From positions 128,836,001-128,900,000 of the forward strand of contig OX597815.1 of the NCBI GenBank assembly GCA_951406725.2: 64,000 nucleotides of DNA, in the 5' to 3' direction. This stretch comes from Octopus vulgaris. Its lineage: Eukaryota. Numbering within the stretch: the first letter of the stretch is position 1; each line of letters begins with the position of its first letter. Positions 12,771 through 26,469 of the stretch are shown here, in pieces. The translations under genes were made by a program, and so were the position numbers. The notes beneath the pieces are model-generated. The model saw only the letters and a program-made list of their open reading frames with translations. It was not told the DNA's origin and did not search any database.

Positions 12771-13749
12771 ACTTAAGAAGAATGTTATTACACCACTTCC
12801 TTGTTTTTCCTGTTCTTCTTAACACAAATTCAGTCCCACTAGACTAGATGGGACTGTTATAGGATGTGTAATGTAGTTCAGTACAAGACAGTGTGGTGTT
12901 ATATCGCAGGTATTGTATAGCAGTGAAATATATAATAGCATGGTTGTAGAATGAAGCCTGGTGTTGTATAGCTGTAGAACATAGTGGGATATCATTAACA
13001 ATTCAAAAGAGTGGAGTGGAGTATGATCATTTAAATTCACAATGTCATTTATGTGCACAATGTTAATATGAATAAGAAAAAAATCAGAGGGGGAGAGAGA
13101 GAGAGCGAAAGAAAGAGAGATAGAACTCCATTCACCAAGGTGCGACAACTCAATGTGCTGAGAAGCCAATGAGGATGAACTCATCATACTTGTGTTTCAT
13201 TTTGGCTTGGTCTAATTGGCTGGATGCTTCTCAAAATACCAAACCACCTTAGAGAATATACTGAGGGCTTTTTGTTGTGGCACCAGCACTAGAGTTGTAA
13301 CATTTCCTCCACAAGACTAAAGATCACCATAAACTCACACTTTACAGAGTATATTGGGTGCATTTTTCATAACGCCAGTACTGGTGAGGTGGTAATGTCC
13401 TCAAGGACATGGCCAGTCATATATAATATCATATATAATACATATAATATCGTTTTGCCTAGCTCTGAAGTCTATTGTATTTTTTAATACTTTACATCTT
13501 TGAAGGGATTTTCCCTGGACAAAAAAAAAAAAACCTCACAATTTCTGGCCTTTAAAAAACCCACATATGTTAAGTGTGTGGTACTCATAATGTTTATGCT
13601 GTGGTGTTTCTTCCATTGCATGACCTGAATTGATTCTAGTCATGCAATGCTACTGCGAATCAGCAAATAGTTAATACACTATTTGTATATACTTCAGATT
13701 AGACATTTCATTTTCATTTTGGAAGTGACTCAAGAGCATGAGATTTATA

Positions 13750-14392
13750 GGCATAGGAGTGGCTGTGTGGTAAGTAGCTTGCTTACCAACCACATGGTTC
13801 CGGGTTCAGTCCCTTTGCGTGGAAACTTGGGCAAGTGTCTTCTACTATATATTTCTTTATTGCCCACAAGGGGCTAAACATAGAGGGGACAAACAAGGAC
13901 AGAAAAAGGGATTAAGTCGATTACATTGACCCCAGTGCAAAACTGGTACTTTATTTATTGACCCCAAAGGATGAAAGGCAAAGTCGACCTCGGCGGAATT
14001 TGAACTCAGAACGTAACGACAGACGAAATACCGCTAAACACTTCGCCCAGCGTGCTAACATTTCTGCCAGCTCGCTGCTTTTACTATAGCCTTGGGCCGA
14101 CCAAAGCCTGAGTGGATTTGGTAAACGGAAACTGAAAGAAGCCCGTCATATATACATATATATATATGTGTGTGTGTGTGTGTGTATGTTTGTGTGTCTT
14201 TGTTTTTCCCCCCCAACATTGCTTGACAACCGATGCTGGTGTGTTTACGTTCCCATAACTTAGTGGTTCGGCAAAAGAGACCGATAGAATATGTACTAGG
14301 CTTACAAAGAATAAGTCCTGAGGTCTATTTGCTTGACTAAAGGCAGTGCTCCAACATGGCCACAGTCAAATGACTGACATAAGCAAAAAAGT
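13750..14392 (+). mobile_element. tRNA-derived SINE family A (internal microsatellite) with a nested family-B SINE
   Basis: Head has A-box-like gtggctgtgtggtaag and B-box-like gggttcagtcc, then gggcaagtgtcttctactatag, a (TA)(TG) core and tail gtcaaatgactga. Many copies occur in the window. Confidence 0.85.
13850..14081 (-). mobile_element. tRNA-derived SINE family B nested in family A
   Basis: Minus-strand head gcagcgagctggcagaa..gagttcaaattccgccgagg, flanked by the 7-bp TSD tactata (13843-13849 and 14082-14088). Confidence 0.85.
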
Positions 14393-15803
14393 AAGCTGTA
14401 AATACAGTGAAATACATATCTGCTACTCTCATTATCACTTCTGAGGTAATTCTGTTTCACCTATCTCTGAAGAATATTGTTTTTTCAACATTATGCCTTT
14501 AAAGGGATTTTACCCAGACAAAAAAAAAACACAATACAAGTATGTGGTGCTGATAATTTTTACATAATATAACGTGTGTGTGTGTGTTTTATTTTAATGC
14601 CTCTTAGTACCCAAGGGACATCTAGAGTTTATTTAGTATATCAAGGACATTATAAATAACTGCAAAAATATTGTAAATATATTTGTAACAAATGGTTGTG
14701 TTAATTTTGAAGACATAAATATACATAATTTTCATAGGTGTAATATAACAGCTCTCCCTCTATTTGCATAATAGATTGCTTCTGTGTCCCCATGCAAATC
14801 AAAATCATGTAAATTTTTTTGGGGGGGATATGTTTTTATTGATATTATTAATAGAAATTAGAAACAAAATTTAATCAACCATTTATTGAAACTGGAGTAA
14901 TAGATACAATTATTATGTGTTAACAAATAACCACACTTAATAACGCACACTTTCCCCACAAACACATCAAGATAACTCCTACTGTCCTTGCAGCGTACCC
15001 AACTTAGAGATATAACTCCTAACCTAATCCTTTAGCAATTTTTCACTTCACCATCTTTTTCACAGCAGCTGCAAACTGGATGTGTTAAACCACCTTCGAC
15101 AATAGAGAGCAGTCACCATATTCTCTTCCATATCTGCTAACTCTGATGAGTGTAAGGTTGTATAATCGGATTGTATTCTAATTAGTAAGATCAGCTGAGA
15201 TGGTTATATAATACTGTAAATTTCGGATAATATACCCACTATTTTGACAGATATATGAATCCATCTCTTCCCTCACTTATGGTCTCTTAGATGACTCATG
15301 TATATATGCATGTAGATATAGGCACAGATGTGTGTGGGAAATGAGATTGCTTCCCAACTATATAGTTTTAGGTTCCGTCACATGGCATGGTACCTTGGGA
15401 AAGTGTATAGCCCTAGGCCAACCAAAGCCTTGGATTTGGTAGGCAAAGTAACCTGTGTGTAGATATGTGTGCATGTGTGTCCCCTTGTTTTGACATCTTG
15501 TGGCAGTTGTAAATTAGTCTTACTGTCATACAAGCAATATGATTCAGTTTCAATATTCTGCAAATCTTGTCTAGCCATGAGGAAATATTATCTTGTTTAC
15601 AAACAGGGGAGGGTTGATGACAGGAAGGGCATCTAGTTGTAGAAAATATCTGTCACAGCAAACACCATCTAGCTCATACAAGCATGGAAGAATAGACATT
15701 AAAATGATGATGATACACACATACAGTTAAATACATACAAACATACACACACACACACACACACACGCACACATGCACACACACACACACACATAAATAC
15801 ATA

Positions 15804-15845
<42 letters not shown>

Positions 15846-15942
15846 TAAAAACAGTAAGATAACAAAAGAAAGAGACCTCAATATTATGTAAATAGAGGAA
15901 ATTTGTCTGCAAATTAATATGTTACCATTATTCAATAGCCAA

Positions 15943-15993
15943 GATAAAACTCTGAGTTTCGGATGTTGAAGTGGAAATCCACAACACCATCTA
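15943..15993 (-). ncRNA. 5'-truncated hammerhead ribozyme relic (core cut by an inversion junction)
   Basis: Minus strand ..aga-t-ggtgttg(tggatttccactt)caacatc-c-GAAA-ctcagag-TT. It has the same helix III string as the 56.3 kb motif, but CUG and the 5' strand of helix I are missing. Confidence 0.5.
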
Positions 15994-16028
15994 TTGGCTA
16001 TTGAATAATGGTAACATATCAATTTACT

Positions 16029-16073
<45 letters not shown>

Positions 16074-16329
16074 CATACACACACACATGGACACTATAAA
16101 GAGAATTTGAACAGTTATACTTTTATATTTGACAAATAGTATATTGCTATTTATGGTATATGATTGGTCAGAGAGTTACCATTGATTTCACATCTTTTAT
16201 TGCACTTGGTAATACTAACGACTCAAACATGCTAGCTGGAAGCACATGGCATCTTCAATGCCCTAAAAGGGTTATGTGCGTCTGGCAGCATGTTTGGTCA
16301 GTCATCAGTATTGTGCAACAGTAGATGCA

Positions 16330-16571
16330 AAACCAATAGTAATTACTACTTGACAATATAAGTTGTTAGTTGTCCGAGCACTGCATCCTTCAAAACTTCC
16401 ATGCTTCCTGAGATTTGCCAACGCCACACCTGATTTTCTCCCCTCCATACCCACACAAGTATGTATCTGACTCATACACTGTTCACTTTCCAGACATTTG
16501 TACATTACTGCATATGCTTTATATGCACTTTTGACAAGTTGTGGTGCACCTGAGCACTTTATACAATAATT

Positions 16572-16580
<9 letters not shown>
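16330..16580 (+). mobile_element. CR1-like LINE 3' UTR fragment ending in (ATT)n
   Basis: Inverted homologue of 1770-2000 (gcatccttcaaaacttccatg...cacctgagcactttatacaata) followed by an (att)n tail. Confidence 0.55.
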
Positions 16581-16606
<26 letters not shown>

Positions 16607-16608
16607 TA

Positions 16609-16639
<31 letters not shown>

Positions 16640-16654
16640 AAAAGAATATATATA

Positions 16655-16690
<36 letters not shown>

Positions 16691-16732
16691 TGTATGTATG
16701 TATGTATGTATGTATGTATGTATGTATGTATG

Positions 16733-17346
16733 TATTTATAGATTTGTAAACAAACCCAAGGAGTGTAAATTACAGAAAAGAGTGACACACATAGGTCCTT
16801 TTTAATAATGACTTCAATTATATATTATTCATATAATGATATATGCTCCATTTTGAGTGACTAAACCTAAACAATTGATTGAAAAAAGATGGGCTGAACC
16901 AATAGGGATTTGAACATAACATCAATGCTTAAATGGCTCGGTACGCACCCAATTCATCCACATAGCCGACCCGTCAATTTCAGCCAAATTTAATGTATAG
17001 ATAATTCTAATGTAGTATATATATTTATAAATTTGTAAGCAAACCCAATGGCTGTAAATTATGAAGAAGAGTGACATACATAGGTCCTTATTTACAGTCC
17101 ATACTTTTCAACCTTTGGGTTTGTTTACAAATTTATAAATACATATACTAGATTATAATTATCTATACACTAAATTTAGCTGAAATTGATGGGTGGGCTG
17201 TGTGGATGAACTGGGTGTGTATGGAGCCATGTAAGTATTGACGTCATGTTCAATTCCTAGTGATTTGGTCCATCTTTTTTCAGTCAGTTGTTTAGATTTA
17301 GTCGCTCTAAATAGAGCATATATTATTATACAGATAATATATAATT
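16733..17346. repeat. About 290-bp unit in partial direct plus inverted arrangement, containing a tRNA-like segment
   Basis: 16733-16800 resembles 17022-17089 (direct), and 17115-17346 is the inverse of about 16816-17048. Confidence 0.88.
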
Positions 17347-17354
17347 ACAGTTAT

Positions 17355-17392
<38 letters not shown>

Positions 17393-18944
17393 AGGAAATT
17401 GTGAAATTGAAACAAATGAGGTAGTAGTGTTCCACAGTTTGTAAAGTGAGAAAAATAAATAAATGAAATAAGATATAGTAAAAATTCAACTGAATTCCTG
17501 CTAAGAGGAAACTGTGCAAACTAAGAACTTAAACAAATGGGTAACTGTCTATAAATAATTATTTGTCTAAAATACTAACTACTGTCAACTTTACATATTA
17601 AATAATAAACACACTGTCATTGTAACTAGGCCAGTCTGCTCTCTTAATAGTTAAAACTAAACAGTGACAGTTTTGATCAACTTGTCATGAGCAGACAAAA
17701 ACCAGAGATCATTACCTTGAGGTTACATGAAATTATATACATAATAATATATATAATAAGCAAGGTCTACTTTGTGTCGTTTTATCTGTGGAGGCACATG
17801 GCTTAGTGATTAGAGTGTTGGACTCATGATCATAAGACTGTGATTTTGATTCCTGGACTGGGTGATTTGTTGTGCTCTTGAGCAAAACACTTTGTTTTAT
17901 GTTGCTCCAGTCCACTCAGCTGGTAAAGAATTAGTAATCCTGCAATGAACCAGCATCTAGCCCAGGGAGGAATATATACACAAGAGAAATTGGGAAATCA
18001 CATAAGTCCAAATTCATCTGTAATGTAGACTAACCATTGTTGTTATCTAATTTGAGAGCATTGAATCCAAATATGGGATCGAAATTTACACATCACAACA
18101 AAATACTTTTACATAATTATATTTATAAGACTTATATTATTGTATTATTTCTAATAATGATACAAAACCACACATTTATAAGGGAGGTTATATTCATTAA
18201 ATCTATCCTGGAACATGACTGGTACTTGTTTAATCAACTACAGAGGGACAAAAGGAAAAGTTGATGCCAGAAGGAAGAATGATGAAAATTAAATACTGTG
18301 GTGCAGCGTGGTTGTATGTTTAACAGGTTTGTTTTGCAACCGCATGTTTTCAAGTTCAATCCCACTGAATGGCACCTTAAGCTACAATTCAAAAGAGACA
18401 AAATTGAGTAGGAGAAAATTCCTTCTACTATAGCTTCAGGTTGGCCAATACTTGGTGAATTAATATTTACTTGATGGAAACTGTACAGAAGCCTTCCATG
18501 TATGTGTTTCTGTGACTTTGCATTGATACCACTTAGGGAATGATGCCATTTTTTATGTCCCACATAAATAAAATGTCTGGCAGGTAGCAGTTCAAAATGC
18601 AAAGACCAGTTGAGTAAAGAAAGTACTTTACTTGAAAAGCAAGTAAAGGTCAGCTTCAGTAAGGGCGTCCTGCCATAGAATATTGCCCCAAGAAGTCTTG
18701 TCCAATGCATTCTAGCATGGAGATTTTTATGTAAAAATGATGGTGGCGATGGTGTTGGTGGTGAAAGAGAATAAGGAAGTGATACTATAAATATTCCCAA
18801 CTACATGGTTCCAGGTTCAGTCCTACTGTGTGGCACCTTGGGCAAGTGTCTTCTACTAGAGCCTTGGGCTAACCAAAGCCTTGTGAGTAGATTTGGTAGG
18901 TGGAAACTGATAGAAGTCCGCCCAGCCCATTCCACTACTTTATT

Positions 18945-19159
18945 CTTTTCTACTCTAGGCACAAGGCCTGAAATTTTTCAGGGGGAGGCCAGTTGATTAG
19001 ATCGACCCCAGTATATAACCGGTACTTAATTTATCGAAGCTGAAAGGATGAAAGGCAAAGTCGACCTCGGTGGAATTTGAACTCAGAACATTAAAATCAG
19101 ATGAAATACTGCTATGCATTTTACCCGGCATGCTGACTTTTCTGCCAGCTCACTGCCTT
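18945..19159 (-). mobile_element. SINE family B with an 18-bp TSD
   Basis: ccattccactactttatt occurs at 18927-18944 and 19160-19177. Confidence 0.85.
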
Positions 19160-19612
19160 CCATTCCACTACTTTATTACAACATTAATAAGGTTCAGAAT
19201 GAATCACAATAAAACAAATGTAATTTAGAGAGTGAGTTTTCATTTCTTTAGTTTGCAAGTGTAAAGTATTATTAGCATCATAATCTCCTTCTGAGACATC
19301 AGTAACCGACCAACATACAATTTATTTCCTGATACAGTTTCTTCATTGCATTTTCGTTATTGTGCACTCTCTCTCTTTCTCTCCTTCTCTCTCTCCGTCT
19401 TGCTCTCTCTCCGTCTCACTCTGTCTCCGTCTCTCTCTCTCTGTCTTCTTATAGAAGTAGACTAAGTACAGGAAATGTAATTTGATATTTCTGTTATATT
19501 CTAGGTTTTGGAAACCCTCGTTAAAAAAAAAACTTGATGCATGATTATTTTCAGAGTTCTCATATATATGTAGAATTGTCAAGAAAAATTTGTGACAATT
19601 TCTGCAAATACA

Positions 19613-20260
19613 GGCACAGGAGTGGCTGTGTAGTAAGTAGCTTACTTACCAACCACATGGTTCTGGGTTCAGTCCCACTGCATGACAACTTGGACAAGTG
19701 TCTTCTACTATAGCTTTGTGCCGACCAAAGCCTTGTGAGTGGATTTGGTAGATGGAAACTGAAAGAAGGCCGTCGTATATATATATATATATGTGGCACG
19801 TAAAAAGCACCAACCGATCGTGGCCATTGCCAGCCTCCCTTAGCACCTGTGCCGGTGGCACATAAAAAGCACCCACTACACTCTCAGAGTGATTGGCGTT
19901 AGGAAGGGCATCCAGCCATAGAAACACTGCCAGATCAGACTGGAGCCTGGAGCAGCCTCCTGGCTTCCCAGACCCCGGTTGAACCATCCAACCCATGCTA
20001 GCATGGAAAACAGACATTAAACGATGATGATGATGATGATGATATATATATGTATGTGTTTGTGTGTCTGTGTTTTTTCCCCCAACATCACTTGACAACT
20101 GATGCTGGTGTGTTTACGTCCCCGTCACTTAGCAGTTCAGCAAGAGAGACCTATAGAATAAGTACTAGGCTTACAAAGAAGTCCTGGGGTCAATTTGCTC
20201 GACTAAAGGTGGTGCTCCAGCATGGTCGCAGTCAAATGACTGAAACAAATAAAAGAATAA
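19613..20260 (+). mobile_element. SINE family A with an RTE-tailed element nested in its (TA)n core (19793-20042)
   Basis: The A head and tail are intact. The insert ends ccaacccatgctagcatggaaaacagacattaaacg(atg)n. Confidence 0.8.
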
Positions 20261-22730
20261 ATACTTGGCATGTGTTTTTTCTCCATGTCTTCATCATATT
20301 AAAAAATGAGTTTTCAGTAAAACATGGAAGGAAATTTAATGCAAACATATTTAACCCTTTTGTTAATTATTTCCAAAATCATCAAGAATTTTGATGGGGT
20401 AGATATTAAAAGGATTAAAGAAGATCCTTCTTTTGTCATACACCCTAACAAATTGTAGTCTGACCCTTAGTTGTTTTTTGTGTTGTTGTTTAGCACCAAG
20501 TCAGTTCTAAAAAGCTCTATGATCAAAAGCTGAATGTCATGACCAGCATAACTTTCTTCAGGCATAATGTATCTGGGACCATTATCTAATATGCCCTTCA
20601 TTTTTTAAGATAGTAGAAAATAATTTTGAGGAGATTTGTTTACTATTTCTAGCAGATAAAGTTACCATGCAGAGACTCCCTCATTAGCTTGTGATCCTTA
20701 GTTTTATTCATGATGTGAAAAACAAGGTGAAATAAACATCAGAGATGCTTTGCCTCACACAGACCCTGCAGGTGTTATTCAGAGATTTTGCAAACACTTC
20801 TGAATTCCTCACAATGTTGGAAACTCTTTTGTATCTCCAACAAGTATCTCAGAATCACAAGGGTTTCACCTTTTAGTCTGTGTGCTTCACCTGAGTGGTG
20901 CAGCAAGGACTCAGTCCTCACTTGCAGAAGGGTTCACTCAAAATGTTTTTCTCTCTAACTCTAAATTTGTTTCCCCTCACAAGAGACACTCCTTTCTAAC
21001 CTGACATTTAATTATGGCTTATAAACAGAAAACAAAAAAAAATATTATAACTATCCTACTGACTCAAAGCCTCATCATCATCATCTTCATCTTTTTAATG
21101 TTTAATTTTTCAATGCTTCCATGGATCAGATGGAATTCACAGAGGCAGATCATCTACAGGTCAATGCCTTTCTTTTCACCAACCATCTCCTATTTCCAAC
21201 TAAGGCAATATTTTCCTATAACTGCACATGTTTTCACTGTAGATTGGAAACAAACTTGTGTAATGACGATACTCTTTACAGCTTCATGACTGGACATCAT
21301 ATGATGTGTGTGTGTGTGTGTGTAGACATACATACACACATGTAGTTGGAAAGCAAAATTCAAAATTCTTCACTTCACAGCAACTCCTCACAAATAAATT
21401 TTTGTAATACTCTAACTTTTGCCATCATTGACTTCAATGTGCCATATAATTATCCTTGAAGTGGATTTAACAATCCATTGAGACGGAAACACACTTTGGA
21501 CCAACAAAGAGCTTCCATTACTCATTTTGTATACACTCATATCCATTTGTCAATTCTGTTAGATGCTTGATGTCATGGAAAACTACAACAGAAGAAAACA
21601 AAGTCAGCCTCTATTTAAAAATGGGAACAATGCCTTGTTCACTTTCTGTAGAAGGAAAACAAGTACCAACAGTTGTTTCCTCTTTTTTGTTTTTTTATTT
21701 TTTTTTGTTTTTTTTTATTCAGTTCTGTTTCTGGCAACTGATAATCCATTACTAAATTATTTAATTCTAATAGATTAAATCATTTTGGTTTGTTTCTTTG
21801 CAGTCAGATTTTAATGAAAAAAATGTTCATCCATTACATTTTCCCCCTTTTCTCGGTTCAGTAACAGGCATCTCTTTATCTTGAGAAAAATCTAGGGTAG
21901 TGAAAACAGAAACCAGTTCTTATCACAATAAGAGATTGAGAAACAAATATTAAGGCCATTTATTCTTTTAAAGACAGTAAAAATTAGCACACTTTATTCT
22001 GAGATATGATGCAATACTAAATGTACTAAAAAATGGAAACTAAAATTCTAGATTTGGTAGATGGAATGTAATGAGTAAAAAATCATCAAGTGCACAGTGG
22101 TAAACTCATAAACAAGAGCCACAAACTCCAATTAGATTCATTAGTTCAGAGTACATTGGCTGAGAAGATACAATGAGGTTAAAACATTGGGTGTCCCAAA
22201 GTCCTCCTTAGGCTATTGACTTAACTGTGTTATGAACAAATATTTGTCTGAAAGGAGATGTTCTCCATTGATGAAATACAACAGCAATTCACATTTGAAT
22301 CTGCTGGACCATATGAATAATGAATATGTAAATCACTGATGTAATGATTGTTAACAGTCTATCCCGACCAGTGCCACATAAAAAGCATCTATGCCGGGGT
22401 CATGTAAAAATGTACCCATGATGGTGCTGTTTAAAAGCTCCTGTATAAGTGCCACATATAAAGCACCCGTACTGGTGCCACATATAAAGCACCTATGCTG
22501 GTGCCATGTAATAGCACTGATACTGATGTCATGTGAAAAAGCACCAAGTACACTCGGTAAAATGGTTGGCTTAAGGAAGGGCATCCAACCATAGAAACCA
22601 TGCCAAAAGAGACAACTGGAGCCTGGTGAAATGAAGCTCTCTGGCTGGCTGTTAAATGGTGATGATGATGATGATGATAAATGATGAAGCTGTTGATGAT
22701 GATGTCAAAGGATGATGACGATGATGTTAA

Positions 22731-22771
<41 letters not shown>

Positions 22772-22773
22772 AA

Positions 22774-22805
<32 letters not shown>

Positions 22806-23825
22806 AAATGATGAAGCTGATGATGATGATGTTAAATGAAATGATGATGTTAAAGGATGATGATGTTAAATGGTGATGATGATGATGATGTTAAATGATG
22901 ATGATGATGATGATGATGATGGTGATGATGGTGATGATGGTGATGGTGATGATGATGATGATGATGATGATGAAGATATAGAGTTGAAAGGAGATCACTT
23001 AAACTCCCTATGAAATTTAGTGAATCAAAGAATTTGTGTCACAACATGATATGACTGCTCCAAAATGAGAATAGCTTTTGGAATCAGCATTTGGGAATTA
23101 TAAATACATAATTCATATGCAATAAATATATGTGTAAGAATTACAAAATATAAGTTTATTAAATTATTTATTCCCCATATATATTCAAACACACCTTAGA
23201 TATATGTTTCTAGGTAGTCAGAAATATAAGCCTCCAAGCTATCCAGGCATGAAAACAATTGTTTCTCCCATGGTAGCAGGGAAAATATATGTAGAAAAGT
23301 AATGTGTGTGTGTGTGTGTATACATGTATGTATATATCATACATACACACATGCATAATTCTTTCTTAGTTCATCTTTCACTTCATAATGCATTTACTCT
23401 ATGTGTGTGTGTGTGTGTGTGTATGTCTGTGTGTCTGTGTTTGCACGCGTGCATGCATATAAATATGTGTGTGTATGTATGTGTATATGTGTATGTGTGT
23501 GTGTGTGTGCAGATTCTTCTTAGTTCATCTTGCCCCTTATAATGCATTTACTAATAAAAGCAAAAAAAAAAAAATGAAGAAATATGTAAATAGAAGCAGC
23601 AATAATAAAAATAATAATTCACATTTAGTTGTTTGGTTGCACATAAGAATATAATTGTGTTTGACAAGTAGGAATCTGAAACAGACAAAGAACGCAGAAC
23701 TCTCTGAAATGAATGGAATCTTTTGTCTGTGATAAAGACAGAGACAGAGATGTATGAATATTTCAGGTGAAGAGAAGGAAAGAATTCAATCTGCCAACTG
23801 CTAACATGGAATGTAGTTCAGCATT

Positions 23826-23858
<33 letters not shown>

Positions 23859-24014
23859 GACAATGGGGATATTGTAGATAGTGATGATGATGATGGTAGT
23901 GTGAGCTGTTACGGTGTTGGCGATCTTGGTTGATGGTAAAAGATGTAAAGTAAATCTAAAGTAATTCTGAATAATTCTTCTTTGAAGCATATATTTATTT
24001 ATTTATTTATTTAC

Positions 24015-24082
<68 letters not shown>

Positions 24083-24432
24083 CTTTCATTCTTTGATACT
24101 CTTCCATCTTCATTCTCTTGCTTTCAACCATGAATTCCGATCAATATATTTTCTCAGTGATGAGAGACAGAAAATATGAAATGTGCCTAAATTAAGCATC
24201 ATCCTTCTGCAATTGTATCAATATTGAACAAAGATGTGTACACTATAACAGAGCATTAAGTGATAATTGAAGCAAAATAGTAAATTTTTAAACATAAGGA
24301 AGTGTCACACCATGATTCTGTTATGTAATAATGAAGAGAATAAAATTTGGGAAAATAAGGAATTAATATGCAATAAAAAAACTAAAAACTTTAAGTGTAT
24401 ACTTAATATGTGTGTGTGTGTGTGTATTATAT

Positions 24433-24587
24433 GTGCAGGAGTGGTTGTGTGGTAAGTAGCTTCTTTACCAACCTCATGGTTCCGTGTTCAGTCTCATTGT
24501 GTGGTACCTTGGGCAAGTATCTTCTACTATAGCTTGGGCCAACCAAAACCTTGTGAGTGGATTTGGGAGATGGAAGCTGAAAGAAGC

Positions 24588-24635
<48 letters not shown>

Positions 24636-24776
24636 TGTGTGTCTGTGTTTGTCCCCCCAACATTGCTTGACAACCGATGCTGGTGTGTTATGTCCCTGTA
24701 ACTTAGTGGTTCGGCAAAAGAGACCGATAGAATAAGTACTAGGCTTACAAAGAATAACTCCTGGGGTCAATTTGCT
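24433..24776 (+). mobile_element. SINE family A, 3'-truncated
   Basis: Homologous to the 13750 and 19613 copies. Confidence 0.8.
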
Positions 24777-26469
24777 GTATTAGTTGAAGGAAGTACAGAG
24801 GTCTTTGGGGAAGCATCTAGTGTCTCTGGTGCGTTGATCTACATATTTTGCATCTGGACAACCTGCTGAAGTATGGCCATGCTTTGACATCCATAGCAGT
24901 AGGAAACTTACCATTCTTTGATATCACAATTGGCAATTTTGCCATTGATGAATTGAAAGAAGTCCAGCTGCGGAAAAAATCTGCCTCACCAAATTCCATC
25001 TGATACAGGCAAGTAAAGAACAGTGGGCATTAAATGATGAACATGAAACATATAAGATGGGTTTCTTTCAGTTTCCATCTATCAAACCCTCTCATAAGGC
25101 TTTGGCTGGCTCAGGACTATAGTGAAAACACTTGTCCAAACTGCTAACCAGTAGGTCTGAATCCCAAACTATGTGGATGGGAAGCAAACTGCTCAATCAC
25201 ACAGTCACACCTACATATATAGACACACACACACACACACATACATAAAACATAACAAGGATATGTTGAATTATGTAGGGTTATTTGGTACAGGAAAATG
25301 GTTGGTTTGGGCTGATCAGCTAAAAATATGACAGAGTTTCACCAAATATTTTTGAATGGATGTAATCAATAAAACGTTTTTACATATTTATAATGCATTA
25401 TTAATGCAGTTAGGTAATCATCATTCTGATTTTATTATGTTTTTTCCTCCATACTAGCAAAAGATGAATAGACTTGCTATGCAACACATAACTCATTCTT
25501 CATATTCCTGTTTCTGTGCATTATTATCTGAGGCCCAGTCTCCTAAAATATGATTTCACCACAACTACTTATGTCTCCTTTCATTCTTTCCTGACATGTA
25601 AAGAGCCAATAACGAAGGTCATCTGACCTTTTAGAAATTGGAATCAAATCTTCCTCAAATAACACTCTGCCATTTTTTTTTTTAATAACACATTTAATAC
25701 ACTATGCCTCAATAATAGATGTGGCAGTCATGGCTTGAACACTTTATAGTAGTGTTTACCAAAATAGGGCCCATGAAAAAATTCTGGGGTTTGGTGAGAT
25801 AAAGCATCTTTTAATAAGATTTAGTGAAAATGTTCTATTGTACTTTTCCATGACATCAAATACCTGATAGAAGAGACAATGGATATGAGTATATGTCAAA
25901 TGAATGAAAGTTCTCTGACAATCCAAGGTCAAGTCTAAAATGGTTTTCTACACTGTGGAAATTAACCTGTTACAATCTCAACAGGTTGTTAAATTCACCT
26001 CAAGCATAATTATACGGCACATTAAAGTCAACGTGAAAATTTACTCAGTCATTTGTGGAGATTTTAAAGACACAAGGTTTTGAGTCAGTAGTTATAAGAA
26101 ATTGTTGTTTTTTTTTATATTTATAGGCTAAAATTTAATGTCAGGTTAGAAATGAACATCCCTTGCAAAAGGAAAATTTAAGAATCAGGAGAGAAACAAC
26201 AAAATATAACAGTCAATACAAATATAATAGTTTCCAACATCATACATAAAATTAGGAGCTATAAGCTGGGCCTTTGAGAGTAATTCTGTCAGATAGTGTA
26301 AGACTGCAGAGACGTCATTGCAGAATTCAAAGGATTGTGAAGTTGTTATTTAGAGCCTGGCAGACAGTCACAGTTCCTGTCTTGGCTCTCCAGACAACCC
26401 CACTTCACCCACTTATAGGTCCTAGGGACAAACTAATGAGGGTGTTTTTACATGGTAACTTAACTTACT

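Noticed and set aside
15135-15250. ctgatgag on + and ccgaaa on - suggesting another hammerhead
   Set aside because: The two half-cores are on opposite strands and no complete helix I/II/III fold can be drawn. At best it is a decayed relic.
22368-22545. Regularly spaced gtgccacataaaaagcacc repeats resembling a CRISPR array
   Set aside because: The context is eukaryotic, the units are degenerate with very short spacers, and they are internal tandem repeats of the RTE-tailed element.
24083-24131. Minus-strand MVESKRMKMEEYQRMKD followed by poly-N
   Set aside because: It ends in a stop straight after the (AAT)n tract and has no donor site.
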